A model generated the notes under the pieces. That model saw only the letters and a list, made by a program, of their open reading frames with translations. It ran no database searches and was not told the origin of the DNA. From Owenia fusiformis (lineage: Eukaryota): 64,000 bases of DNA. The translations under genes were made by a program, and so were the position numbers. The stretch spans positions 31,682,001-31,746,000 of the forward strand of contig CAIIXF020000001.1 in NCBI GenBank assembly GCA_903813345.2, read 5' to 3'. Positions 48,901 through 62,930 of this stretch are shown piece after piece; positions within the stretch are counted from its first letter, which is position 1, and every line of letters starts with the position of its first letter.

Positions 48901-51900
48901 TCCAATCTCGTATGAGGACACAAAGTTGGCCCCTAAAAATATAATGAATATATTTTCATTAGAGAATGATATAATATTTCAAAGTGAGCAGCAATCATGT
49001 TACAATGCATTTAAGATTATACACTTGCAATATCTGATACTGATATCACTGAAAAAACATTAGCTAGGCAAGAAATACTCTTAAGATTATAGTGCAAAGA
49101 TAACATTCTGGGTCACATTGACTCCACTTTATGGTACAATGCCCATTAAACATGGCCCCATCTCAATCAAGCTGTGATAACGTCATCTTCCATGGGTTTA
49201 AGTTAACCCATCATCTCCTTGGTTTAGGTTAACCTTAACCAATATGCAAAAATCTGATAACCATCTGCTAGTATATACATTTTTATCACTTCTCATAAAT
49301 TTGAACTCTGTAGCCCTGACAACTCGACAAACTAACAGTTTTAACAAAAAGATAGACAAATGTAACAGATGGAAGTTTTTGTGCCTTGAATGTAATTTAG
49401 AAATAAATATCCCCGGACTTGATCTTGAATTCCAGTCATGTTCACAGCAGACAAGTGGAAATCTACATAATTTTAAATCCTGAATTAGGAGCTTCTTTAA
49501 GAATAGGAATTCAGAATGAAAGTCAAAACAATTAATGAAACAACTGATTATTTTTCAACTCTTGTTTATTATGACTGGCCGGGTGAAAGATCCAATGAAA
49601 CTGTACTCTTATAAACTATTATAAACATTAAAGTTTACCATACAGTGCAGAAACATAATATATTTCCTCAGCTTATTTACTTTAGAATATTCAGTAAAAT
49701 ATGTTAAATTAACACATGTAACTTTCCTATCAATAAATTTTACATTTTCAGCCAAACATCTGGCAAAAGATATTGTTGTTTAAAGCAAGGGTCATCAAAT
49801 ATTATGTAAAACAGTTGACAGTTGGCTCTAATAAGCATTCTTGTAATGTGTTTGTTATGATGGATTACTATTACAAACAAATACAGTATGCCAATGAATA
49901 ATGTGAATGAACTAGTGAAAAGGAGTAGGATGTTCTGAATCTGAAGCCAATTCAAGTTGTTTTTGTCTGTTTTTTCTGATCAATTTAACATTGGAATGTT
50001 TATCTTATGAAAGCTAACAGGTTTTAATATCTGAATTTACAAAGGAAAATGAAAATATATGGATCGTGGTGTCTTCTGTGGTCCTTTTTAAAAATTCTGG
50101 AATCACATCACTATTTTAGTCCTTACCGTTGAGCCACTTCGAATCCCTCTCAGTGCGAAGTGTTCCAAGACTGGATATACCCGCACTCTCACTGAGACCA
50201 GGGGGAGGGGATGGCCAGATTCTATGGATGAGAGAATTCCCCCCAGCAGAGTCAATCACAGTCCCACTGAACAGGTTCCCATCCTGGCTGATAAAGGCAG
50301 TACTGTTTTGTTGGAGGCTGAATGGACATTTTCCAAGCCCTTTCACCCATCCTCTTACAGTCCCTAGGTTTGTTGCCTGAAATATTAGAAATGTAGATTC
50401 ATTCTATCTGTAGGAAAAATTATTCACTCATTATTGGTTTAGCCAAGACAACAGAGCTAATATTTGTAAAGAAGAACAAAAATGAGTATAGTCAGAGAGG
50501 AGTTACCACAGTAGCTACTGATTACATTATAGTAAAAGTAACTGACATCCCCCTCCCCCTCATATTCATAAATATACATTCTTAACGCTGCTATATGCTA
50601 GCGGATCTCTTTAGCAACAATTGTGTAATGTAATAATTGTGGTTTATGTTTGTTATTCTAACAGGAAGTTAAAGTTAGAATGTAGAGTGAAACCAAGTGC
50701 AGATCCTGCTATATATTATCAGCATCCTAAAGTTGGACCTTTCATAAAACATCCATGCACCATACATTATCATGTTATATACAAGTCAAGTAGAGGATAG
50801 ATAATGTAATTGCTTACTTAAATAGTGATTTTTTTACAAAAGTACACGGATATGGATCCTTGTTTTACTCAATTTGATCTTTATTCATTGAAAAATCTGA
50901 TAATGAATATTACATTAAAAAAATAAAATGTGCACATCTTTGAATATACTACTAATTTGTATTCATGTAACTAGAAAGACTAGAAGAGAGAATAAAAAGT
51001 TGAAATAAAACAGACATTGGACAGATGTATGTTAAGTCACTTGAGAGCTCAGTTTATATTGAAGGTGATATAACAACAAGACAAAACCACAATTATCTCA
51101 AACATTCTCTACAAGTTCCACACATTCATCAAGCTTTGAAAACAGGTTGTAATATGCAAAAAGTAGATTTAAGATAATACTTGAGTAAGTAGGAAAAAAC
51201 AAATAGGATCTCCTCTTTACTTCAGAGTCTGGCATTTCAATGACGTCTATATCTCTTAGAGATAGAATCTTACATACGCAAATGATTTAGTGGATTACCA
51301 GGATTTACCTTAGTGAAAATACAAAGCTTAAGCTGATTGTACGGGCAACACTTCTTTAGTTTCAAGTCTGTTTTTTGTTTGTTGTTTTTCAAGGGCACTT
51401 GGATGTTTTGCCATGAGGGACTTGTTATACTGCATTTTGCATTTTCAATTTAAGCTCTGATAGAAATGGTATGGACTTTGCCATGCAAAATACAAATCAC
51501 AATGTTCTTTACATGCTGATCTTGCTTGCAATAGAAATAATGTTCAATGCTGACATCATGGGAAAACTTCAAGTTCAATGCTGACATCATGGGAAAGCTT
51601 CCCTTTTCTCATCACTGTTGTCTTAAACATTATGCAGTAATAGCTTATTGGCAATAAAACCAAAAACTAAACATTGCAGACATGAAAACATTGCCAATAA
51701 CATGTGACAAAACTCACGCTTATCCTAGAATGTCATTGTAAAATTCACACACTGTTTGCATAATTCAGGTTAAAAGTACAAGTGACTGTTATAATCTGTA
51801 TAGATATCATGTCGTATCTCATGGCCGTGTTATTTCAGTAATATTAGCATTACCTTTTAAGATATCCCTTACTTGACTTTCACAACATATGAACTTCAAG

Positions 51901-54696
51901 TTCAACCCGCATACATGTGTTTTTAGTAAAATAAAACTACTTCCTCATAATTGAGAAATCTGAGCTCACATGCAACAAATAATATGATAAGAAGTTGAGA
52001 TAAAAACTGTGATATTATGTTTTTGTAAGTTAAAGAGCTATCAACTCAGTGTGAGGGTGTTTAAACTCAAGTTTCTTGTGTAGATCTCATGTAGCGCCTT
52101 GACTGATGTTCAATTTTACTGTTAGAACTTTGAGAAATGTCCTTTTTACGACATCTGATTTCAGCTATTTCAGTGTAAAGTAGAAAAGTCTTGAAATGTG
52201 CTTGAAATAAGCTTTAGTTAATTCGTATTTTAAGGCTGTCTCAGTTTCATAATACAATGAAATGAGAAAAATTCATCTCACGTTGTTGCTACAGTATTAT
52301 CATCCATCATCATTATTAAGTCTAGGGAGGAGCTGGGAATGACAAAAAGATAGAACAATGTTTAAAATGATGACCACAGACCTGAGGTAATATGTGGCAA
52401 CTTGTCAGGTCATACACCATCTGTTCAACACACCTGGATGCTTTTATAGCAACTGGGGACACTTCATGGAGATTTCAAACAGTTTTATCTATAGAACTTT
52501 ATACATGGAATTATATAAAGATAAATAAAAGTTCAGATATGTGGAAGAGTATTATATAGCACTATCATTCATTAAATTTATTCATCAATATCGCATTCAT
52601 ATGAAGTACATTCATATAATGTAACATATGGATATTCGAGACCAGAATAACACCATCTTTCCATTCAAAGCACTCCTGTTCAATTTTATAAACAGTTTAT
52701 TAGAAGTGAAAAGGACCCCTAATTACATCATTAAATTAACAACTGGTTATGACATATTACATCAAAGTAGTAATTAGTGCACCTGTTAATCAAAACACAT
52801 GCTGTACTCCTACTTTTAGAAGTTATAAAAACTTCAAAGTGTTTTATATTATTTAAAAAGCTATAATTTTATATGCCAAAAATATAGGGGTAACTGTCCT
52901 TGGAAGATATAGTAGCAAAATAAACCGAAAATGATTCATAATTATAAGCATATAAATGATTTTGTTTGTTTACCCAAGAAGTTAAAATAAGTTTTATAAT
53001 CTTGAGTTGATTTACAAAAGACATGTTTATGATATAAAACTACTTGAGTTTATGCAAAATGCAACACTTCTGATAAATGATGCAAAGTGCCTACTGTTGT
53101 CACATCTGACCTGGTGCCTTGATTCCAAACAAAGCAAAGGGCAATATATAATTCAGCTGAAGTTTGAGTTGTAAAATAATAAAATTGCTTGACAGTGACG
53201 TAGGTGGTTTTGTAACAAATCAATACACATGCATTGCCTAATTTTGAATGATGATGTATCGCCACTTGTATTGTTTTTGATGAGATCCAGGTGTTAGTTA
53301 TGATTTGACCTATTTAGTAATGTGCATGTGCCTGGACTAAGATAACAATATTGCAGCAACCCATAGGCAAGAACAATAATCTAATCTTATGTGTTATTCC
53401 ACATTAGCCCATCAACAGTTTAGCATTCCCTTTCCTTAAGCCATATGTGATAACTTGCAATTGAGTTATGTCAGTATGTACTACACAAACCCTCCCCCCC
53501 CCCCCGCCAAACCATTGCATCAAGTCAGCTCCCATTTAATCCCTGATGCGTGATTATTCTTACTCCTCCCTTTCAATATTCTAATTTTCAGACAGTGTAG
53601 TCTATGGGCTAATAATAGATTAGCGTTTTTATTAGATGGCTTCAAACATAAACATCTTTCAGTATACAGGCTTTATTTATGTTCTCTAAGACAAGCATGT
53701 GAAAGATATCAGGGAAACATGAAAGGCCTTACACCTGTAATTAGCATGGCACATATCCAGGTTGTGCAAATTACAACCAGTCTCTGAGCTATATCTGCTG
53801 TTTTTACAAATGAATATCAAAACTGGACTGATAATTAGGATAAGAGGAAAGAAGTAACCTATACAGGTTGGACCAGCCATTATATGTCCATTGAGCATTC
53901 ACACATTTCCATTCAACCATTCACAAGATGTACCTACATTCACATATGGCTCCCATACCTCTAGAGCAATTTCAACATCAGTTATGCATTGTGAACTACA
54001 TTTGGACATTGCGTTTTAAGCAGACACTTCCAATATACTGACCTCCCTCCATGAGCACTTAGGTTCAAATGCATTGGTCCCACAGGCAAACACTCCTCCT
54101 TCATTGTTGGTCAGTAGAACTTTAACAAAGTTTTCACAGCCAGTCTAAAATGACATAAAAATTGGTCCATTTTCACAGGTCTGAGTATGATTTTTACAAA
54201 TCTCATCTTATTCATTTATTTGAAATTAAGAAATCGTATCACTTTTTCACCTTGTAACACGCTATATTATATTTCTTGATGAGGTTAATTTTCTAATATT
54301 TATCAACTTACAGATCCTGGTCTTTTCTTGAGGCACATCTCCCTTTCAGTGTCACTAATGGGCCATTCTACCTTCTCCAGTTGACTCAGGTCATCTATCG
54401 CTAATCTTAATAAATAATTTCTGAAAGCAAACATTTAAGATACATAGGATTGTTTTTAAAGATTTGTATATAGCTTCGTGTGCATTGCTTTCATTTTTTC
54501 ATCAGCTTTTTTAAAACTGAAATTTTTACATAATAATTAGAAAACTCTACAATTTGACATTGTTTCTTTTTTAAAACTCACCTAGCACCAACTAAAAGTT
54601 GGTTATTTGGAATGTCGAGGGTTAATTGTGCAATGTCTGTGACATCTCTGCTATGGTAAGTCTGCACGGATCCTTCTTTCAGAGATTTTCTGAAGT
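39905..54696 (-). CDS. SEMA5: Semaphorin-5 (Sema + PSI + 7 TSP1 + TM), 5'-partial; signal-peptide exon not found in window
   Basis: 18 exons: 54696-54582, 54420-54312, 54144-54043, 50376-50127, 48932-48844, 48419-48220, 48022-47887, 47675-47530, 47406-47122, 46875-46739 (PSI, CMNAQDPYCGW), 46513-46352, 45100-44930, 44685-44497, 44352-44167, 42093-41905, 41537-41370, 40951-40799 (TSP1-type WxxW exons, all phase 1-1) and 40320-39905 (TM VIIVGVIAFILGAVIAIGIFLF plus tail). Sema motifs LLVGARN, CGTNAFEPKC, GKCPF, YFFFRETAVEY, RMCKNDPGG, WTSFTKARLNCSLPGEYPFYYNELQ and SAVCVY; ~1067 codons in one frame. Confidence 0.95.
41205..41369. repeat. 41-bp minisatellite (~4 copies) abutting a Sema5 5' splice site
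   Basis: Unit CCCACCCTTCCCATTCTGATGATGCACAACCCTACTTACAC. Confidence 0.85.
43961..44166 (-). CDS. Candidate alternative terminal coding extension of Sema5 (read-through of the donor after TSP repeat 4)
   Basis: The frame stays open for 68 codons past the donor: GELDNSIDLFESSDPLFQEHCRKWHLQQFHPFYGYCSCKDLGFFRTCQRCDPAKEARLRRRRHHRTRG*. Visibly more GC-rich than the adjacent intron. Confidence 0.6.
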
Positions 54697-57600
54697 CTGT
54701 AAGTACACAAAACAACAATCAAGATTAATCTCAAATGAATAGATGGTTGATATAATGTAATTTCAAGATCAAAAAGAAACTTTATTAAAACTATTTCTAC
54801 TGGAAAAACATTCTTAGGGGTTCCATTATAGTGTAACTAGTAATTACTGCCAACTTTCTAGACACTTTAATTAAATTTTTATTTTGCAATAAATTCTGAT
54901 ATTCGTGGTACTTCTTTATAAATGTATATAGCATGAATCAAGTTCATGTAATTATAGATCTCGGTGTCCCCGTATGTTGTAATTATAAACTTCAAATGTG
55001 ATTCAAGCCAGTTACCCTCAAACAACATCTCACTTAGTGTGATTAAACATGAACTGGGGAATGGTTCATAAGGGAGATGAAAGAATGTAGTATGTGATAT
55101 TGTAAAGTGATCACCTGTATTATCTACAATAAGCCATCTTCAAAGACAATGTATATTCATAAATCTCATAATCCTAGATAATCTCAAGGATTTTTTCAAG
55201 TGTCATTGATACATATTCAAGGGCTATACTATACATGTACAACAGTGTTTAGAAATATCAAAAGCAACCTTATAGTAATAGTATATGACATATTTTGATG
55301 AATCAAGCAAAAAAGAACTTCAATTCATTTCTGGCCAGGGCCCAGTATGAAATATGAAAACCAATGATAACTTTACTTACTTAATTACAAAGAGATGTTA
55401 TTGCCTACTAAGATAATCAAGGGGTATTGAAGGAATCCACATGTTGAAGGTTTTTAAAGGGTTATTAATACTTATCCACCTATGTTAAGACAAATTACTC
55501 ATCAGCAAAAAAACATCTGAAATACTCAAATGATGAAACATACTCCAAAGCATATTGTAAATTATTCATCTGATCTGGCTCATCTGGCAACTTAGAGAAT
55601 TTGTTTGACTGTATCATAATTGTATCGATTTAATCTGACTTTTGACGCAAGTGGAATCAATGTCCCTCATAATTTTTGTCCTAAATTGGATGTACTTCAA
55701 TCAGCTAATAGAAAGGTGCCTTCAGAACTACTCATGATAAGCACCTTTCATACTAACTTACTAACTTAACTATAAATGAATTAAATAGAAAACCAAGTTA
55801 GGGAAGATCTGGAACAATTTTGCCTTATACTGGTTTGGCTAGACATTATATTCATGGTTGAGTTTACTGACACTGTAAGGAGCGCAAAAAAAATCTATTT
55901 TTCTCAATTTGTTAGTAATGAAGCTTGACAACACAAAAGCGAATAGCTAACTAGTGATTTATCAAGATGATGTAAAATGCTTCAATATCTTGGCACTTTT
56001 GTAAGAGGTAACTAATTGCCTGATATACCTAGTCAATTCATCATACTTGTACAACTGTGATCTCTTGAAAGACCCTTATCTTATATTGTAGAATATATAT
56101 GCTCGATTTTACTTCTTCTGTGTTTATAAATTGACCACTTGTGATATTTTCTAAATGTTATATATTATTATCAAACAAAACATCTCAAATTCAGGGTTTA
56201 GCATCTTCAACGGCTTCAACTGCTGAGATTCGACAAATAAAGCTAATATTTTCAAAGATAAGTAAATTCTTAAAATACTGACCTACTTATATAAGTGAAC
56301 AGTGAGTAAGAGAATATAAGGGGTTTAGGTATCATAGAATATCCACTTAAAGCTGCAATATAATATATGATATATATCACTATCATATATTGAAAGTGAA
56401 AACAGAAAAGTTATTCTTGGTACTAAAAACAAAAAGCTTTGTTGTTTTCCAGGGTGTAACTTATAGAAATGAAGCATTTCTCAAATTCTCTTGTATAGTG
56501 ACAATAGGCTGGAAACAGAGTGAATCTCATACAACAATGTCAGATACCTCTGTGAACCAATTAGGTTAATCAATCCCAAAATGAAAAAATAGAAGACAAG
56601 ATATTAGGTCTCTTCCCAAAACAGTGGTATAATACAGCAATTTATAATTTCATGAGCTTTAGTTTCATTGAGCTCATAAAGATGGAGCTGAATAAATGTT
56701 ATATATGAACCACATAATTGACAACATAAATTCGACCTGGACTCATTTCTATTCTTGATATTTTGAATAATACTATCTGACACCTGTAAAAAAAACTAAT
56801 TAAATGTTCCAGGATCATTCTTGAATTTCTAGCTATAGAGTCTATTCAAACTGGGTTGAATTACCCTTTGCTTGCTCTGGTGATAACCTTTACCCTAAAA
56901 AAACATATCTATCATGATAAACTTCAACTGAGATAAACTCATTTTTGGATAATCTATAACTCCCGCAACTAGCAAATGCATTTAGGCAATTTGTGACTAA
57001 AAATCCTCAGTGAAATTAAATATTCCCTCAGTAAAACCAAATACACCTCCAGTAAAATCTTATATATTTACAATAAGCAAAGCCATGTTAAGTTCAATGT
57101 TAGTATAATATCCATCCTAACTTATCACATCATTAATATCATTAATCTAGTGCTTGCAGTCAATTAAATGTTTAATTGACTCCAAACACTTAGGAAGCCT
57201 GTGTTTTAACACTTCATAATTAACATTAGGGCATGTGTTCCCCTGTCTAGCATTACCATGTCATGCCAAGAAGTTCTTGTAGAGTTGTGGTCAGCTGTGA
57301 ACCCATGTGAAGCACTTTTTGAAATGCTCTTGTCTTTTGGGGTAAACATTTATTTTATAAAGAAAAGAAAAATACCTGACACTTGGTATATTATTTCTAC
57401 CAAAACAACTTTTTATTAAAGATAAATAAAAAAACTAAAAAATTTGAGCTACTGATACTACAAATGAGTTCTGAGCATGCAAACATTTAATACATTCAGT
57501 AATGACAAGATATAATAGACTACCTGATATATATCACAAACTCTTCAAATAGAGAGGTTAAAGAATGAAACATATAAAGATCAAGTTTTTCAGAATTTCA

Positions 57601-60600
57601 TACTTTCTTCTTCCAGGCAACAAGTATATCAGAACATCTAAAAGCTTCATCAATCTTGGTCTATGATGACATCTTACAGAAGCATTCTCCATTGATGTTC
57701 ATGACTTGTTATGATTTTATCTGGTTTTATCTACCCATAAAGACTACATGAGTAGAATATAAAATCCAAATAACTAGTTGATAAAATCTCAGACTGCAAA
57801 CACATGCTATAAACCCCTGGATGAGCTTAACATATTTACTTCTAATCAAAATATTCATTTTAAACCATAAACTTTGCTTTACCAAAAGTGCAACCATTTA
57901 CTATATGAATCGTTTAAAGGAAACTTCTAAAAAGTAATACAAAAGTCTGAGAAGAGAGGTGTATTAAAGTAGAAAGGTACTTATGAGGGAAAGCTTAACA
58001 AGCTAAAGCTTACTCCAACATTCTGCCAGAATAAACCAACTTCTATAATGATATAAGAGACAACTTAAAATTCTTGCTTCAAATCTGGCCTAGAAACTTC
58101 CCTGAACTATACAGTATACTCATACTCAAGAAAATGAGTTTGAATTATACATATGAGTCAATGTATTTTTTAATGCACTTTCTGATGTGAATGCACTTAT
58201 TTGATGATACTGGTGCCTCACAATTTTTCAAATTAAACAGTGCCTAATTGGTTATCACTGGCTGATATATCAAATGGCTGCAAGACAAAGTTCTGCATGT
58301 CAGAAAGAAATTAGTGAACATAAGATCTAGCATTTACATGCAATGATCTAATGTTATGAGAAGATAAGTAAATCTTGTTTCCAATCCAGTTGCCACTTGC
58401 CAGATTCCTTCAATTTACATGGTGATTTGAAATATAATATCAAATGTTCTAATTGAACAAGCTACTATATTTTAAGGTTCCTCAACACAAAATACTCAAC
58501 ATTAAATTCTTATGGTCTTAAGCGTGGCATCAGTCTGAGTCTTGAATAATATCACAGTAACCTTTTCCAAGAGCAACTTGAAATGTTCTGTTAATACTAG
58601 GATTCATCTGACATATCACCTTTATAATAAACATGTTCAATTTACTATGATCAGTCTTCTTTGAAAGAAAATGATAGGCAGGTGAGTATATTTGTAAATC
58701 ACAATGTACTTGCAAGGTCAGCTTCTATTCCATTGTATATGTCTGAAGCTATAGAAATTGGAACATATGCAAGAAACAGAAGAAAGTGACAGAAAACAGA
58801 TGTTGTATTTGTTTTTTAAATAAAAGTAACATATTTGAATATTGATTAATGCTACTATATTCCTGCATTAGACATTCAAAGAATGAGAGACTTGTCTTAG
58901 ACCACTGAATAATTAACTAATTCCACTGTACTGTGTATATTTTCAACAAATAAGCAAACTTCCATACAACTTTAGGCCAGACAAATTCATAACAAACATT
59001 TGCTAAACTCTAAATATTAAGACCCGGAACAGTCCAATAAATAAACAAAGAATTGACCTAAATTATAATTTTATCAGCAAATCCCACTTTAATGCTCTTG
59101 TAATGATTTGTATTTCAGAAGTTCCTTTGTGGTTTTGGTTTTCTGAAAGATAATCAGTGTGCATGGCAAAGGTAAAGCATCAGAGACTGTGGTTCTTATG
59201 GCTACTCTGTGGTTACTGTAGTGACCAACATGCTGGTAACCATGGCTACAAAATATAGGATGTGGTCATGTCAACCAAAACCAGACACATCTGGACCTAT
59301 TCATAACACTTTGTAAAACACATCTTTTTATCTTAAATAGCCATTTAATGTCATCCCCATTAGAGAAGCAACCCCAAAATAACACTGGCATTTAAGTGTT
59401 TTTCATTTTGGGAAATACATATTTGACTGCAATGACCAAAATGGAAAAATGTGGCATCTATATAACTAATTGTGTTAACAAACACTCAAGAACGTGTTTT
59501 AACATAAAAATATTTTATTACATCTCAAAACCTGCAAATGATATATAATCATTTCTATAAAAACTCAAGTACAAAATTTATTTGTGGTTTTCACCAGTTT
59601 TATGATTGGGAATATAGTACTTTGGGACAGCTGCAACAACTAAACCAAAATCTGAACTCCAACCCCTCTGGGTCTTTCACTAAATGAAAATAGCTGTCTA
59701 AGATATATAATGAGGTTTAATTGATATTAATTAGAACTAATTAGTATATGTAATCATCAAATGCATGACCTCTTTAGTTAACATAAAGCTCAGTTTGTCA
59801 TTTTGTAATGTTGTCACTGACAGTTTGGCCCCTCTTCCTGGGGTATAGGTCTGACAGGTGATAGATGTCTATTATATAATAGGAACAGAGCAACAAGTCC
59901 CAATACTCAGGGACCCAAGTTCTGAGAAACAGCTAGAAAGTGAAAATGGATATTGGAAAGTATTACGCGAGATTTTTTCAGTTCTTGTTGGAAAATAAGT
60001 TACTTTTATGATGTGGGGTGATATCTAGAGTTTGAGACTTGCGAAAATAAGATATCTTCATCTTTATACCCCCCGCCCTATAATTTTAGGGGGGTCAGAA
60101 GAAAATAGACTTTAATTCATAACTTTGAAAGTATATGAGATACAAACTTAATTTTTTCACCAAAATTTATGAAATAACATCAGTAATGAAGAAAAAAATA
60201 TTTTGAATGAAAAAAGCTAATTTGCATAATTTAACCCTTAAACTGCCATAAAAACTAGTAAATGACGAAATGATGTTATATCACATTTACTGTTATTGCC
60301 TTCATATGAAGTTATAACTTATGAAATAATTCCTAAAAATGCATCTATATATGTATAATAAATGTGCAAAATATTAGAAGTGTATCTTAGATAAAGACTG
60401 TGAAAAAAATTCTCCCCCTACCCAGATTTTTGAGGGGAGGGGGTCAAATAAAAATGGACTTTAATTCATAATTTTAAAAGTATATGAGGTACAAACTTAA
60501 TTTTTTCACCAAAGTTTATGTAATAACATCAGTAATTCAGAAAAAATATTTTTGATACGCAAATAAGTTAATTTGCATAATTTAACCCTTATACAGTCAT

Positions 60601-61242
60601 AAAAACTGTTAAATTACGATGCGATAAAATACGACATTTACTCTTATTGACCTCTCATGAAGTTTTAACAAATAAAGTAATTCCTAAAAATGCATCTATA
60701 TATGTATAACAGATGTGCAAAATATTAAAAGTGTATCTTACATAACGACGCTGAAAAAAATTTGTCCCCCTACCCAGATATTTGAGGGGGGTCAAATGGA
60801 AATGGACTTTAATTCATAACTTTGGAAGTATATGAGGTACAAACTTAATTCTTTCACCAAAATTTATGTTATAACGTCAGTAATTCGGAAAAATATCTTG
60901 ATATGAAAATAAGCTAATTTGCATAATTTAACCCTTATACAGTCATAAAAAACGTTAAATGACAAAGTGATGAAATACGACTTCTATGAAGTTATAACTT
61001 GTGAAATAATTCCTAGAAATACATTTACAACAGGTATGCACAATATAAAAAGGGTATTGTATATAATGAGTGTGAAAAAAATCTCACACCCTACCCTAAT
61101 ATTTTAGGGTTGGGGGAAGTTAATAAACTTTGATTCATAACTTTGAAATCGTATAAGAAAGAGCTTATACATGTATTTCTTCGCCAGAATATTGAGAAAT
61201 CACATCAAGAATGAAACAAATATTACATGGAAACAATATTAT

Positions 61243-61430
61243 ACTAGTAGTAGTAGTAAATTTATTAATTAAAGTCTAACGCACTAAAGATGTTACATTA
61301 AGATACATACATGAATTAAAACAATTCCTGGTTGATGCCGACCTATTAGAGACCATCGCATGTAACTATTTCACGACTTTTGACTAACATATTTATCATA
61401 CATTTTCCAAGTGTCCTTTGAACAGTTTTT
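61243..61430 (-). mobile_element. LINE 3' tail fragment
   Basis: Minus strand ends AATAAATTT(ACT)n, a typical CR1/L2-type microsatellite tail. Confidence 0.45.
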
Positions 61431-61689
61431 TTTCATTCATTATTATGCAATATTTTCCTAGACTTGTATACATGTAAAAGTCACTATGGATATCAGTCAT
61501 TTAGGCAAACAGACTTAATCGTTCATTTTCAAACATATGACATTCTACTTTAAAGTGAGTTTCTGTCTCCATTGACTGTCCACATGGGCACGATCTCTGG
61601 TCTAGGGGAGTTGCGTTATTTTTGTTTATATTTCAATATAAAAACAAACCATCATTGGATGTATTACACTTGTTTGCAGCATCCAAAAT

Positions 61690-62015
61690 GATATTAGAGC
61701 ATTACCACTTATTATGGATGCATTTTTGGTTTATAACAATTATATATTTCAATGAATGCTGAAAAACCACTTTTTGAGATTCCAGAGCCAGGGAATGGAT
61801 TTGGATGTCAAGTGGTTCATATTACTCTTGAGACCATTAAAATGACCAAAAAACCGAAACTTGATATAACAAAAATCCCAAAGTCATTTTGCACATGCAA
61901 ACAATACAAGGACAAAGCAATATGTTAAACCACTTGCTCATGTGCCACTGCAGGTACAGAATGTTTTGCTGCATGTTCATGCGGCTCAAAGGAAAGTGAG
62001 TGTGGACGGGAATAA
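61690..62015 (+). pseudogene. C-terminal Cys-rich zinc-finger relic of an Academ-type transposase
   Basis: DIRALPLIMDAFL / MNAEKPLFEIPEPGNGFGCQ...KMTKKPK...FCTCKQYKDKAIC*TTCSCATAGTECFAACSCGSKESECGRE* follows the LPPT...PxPxxxGW...CxC..C..CxC..C..CxC..C layout. Confidence 0.65.
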
Positions 62016-62172
62016 GTGGATTAACCCAAATATATATGATGACATTTTCACTGCATCAGGTACCTACAACCTAGAATATGACACCAGTCCTCACAGTGAC
62101 TCTGATTATGGTTCAATAAACTTTAGAATTGTTATGGTTACCTTTTTAAGGGTTATTCTGAAACATTGCAAG

Positions 62173-62930
62173 TTCAATTCAACTCAATTTATTCATACAT
62201 TTAATCATTATGTGTACACATATTATTAAGAATAGGTGGCACCACAGGTGATGCTTAAATACCCGTACATATAGTAGTTAAATCATGAAGTACATGTATA
62301 TCATTATGTTGTCAACGAATCAAACCGGAATGTAATCACAAAAGTTAGATTATAATAAATAAAGGTATGGGGGATCCATGATGCTCGTTTCATTTGAAGC
62401 CAAGAAGGTGCCATATGCCATGGGGAAATTTTATGAATGTGTAGCTTCATTAATTATTATTTAAAGATGCCAGGCTACCGCATTGACGCAAATAATCTTT
62501 AAAAGTGTGATTCTTATAAAATATTAGTTATTATTTTACCTTCCCCAAGGTTGGTATGGTCAGAATTATTATTTTAGATCTTAAGTAGTTTGGAGCAGCC
62601 CCAAGGTTGGCCCATGTACCTCCCTTGAGAGCCTACCCTTCTTACTGAAGAAAGAAGAAATGATATAGTCAACTAATGATTAATAAGCTAAGAGAATATG
62701 CTTCTTCAGTTTTGATTTCAGAAAAGAAGTGGAATTTGACTTTTTTATTTCTTCTGGGAGATTGTTCCATATGGAGTAACCACTAAAGGCTATTGTTCTT
62801 TTGCCATAATTTTCAGTTTTGCTTTAGGAAGGGTGAAGTTTGATTTGCCTCTAGTATTATATCTATGAAAATCTCCATGGGTATTGAAATAGTTGGGAAA
62901 AATAGCTTCATAATTGTTGATATCATTTTT
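62173..62930 (-). mobile_element. CR1/L2-clade LINE 3' fragment
   Basis: ORF2 end HRYNTRGKSNFTLPKAK / YGKRTIAFSGYSIWNNLPEEIKKSNSTSFLKSKLKKHILLAY* (stop 62682-62680), followed by a UTR and the tail AATAAATTGAGTTGAATTGAA. Confidence 0.75.

Noticed and set aside
54700..60060. Sema5 first coding exon (signal peptide)
   Set aside because: I found no ATG-initiated hydrophobic frame ending in a phase-1 donor by eye; it probably lies beyond the window.
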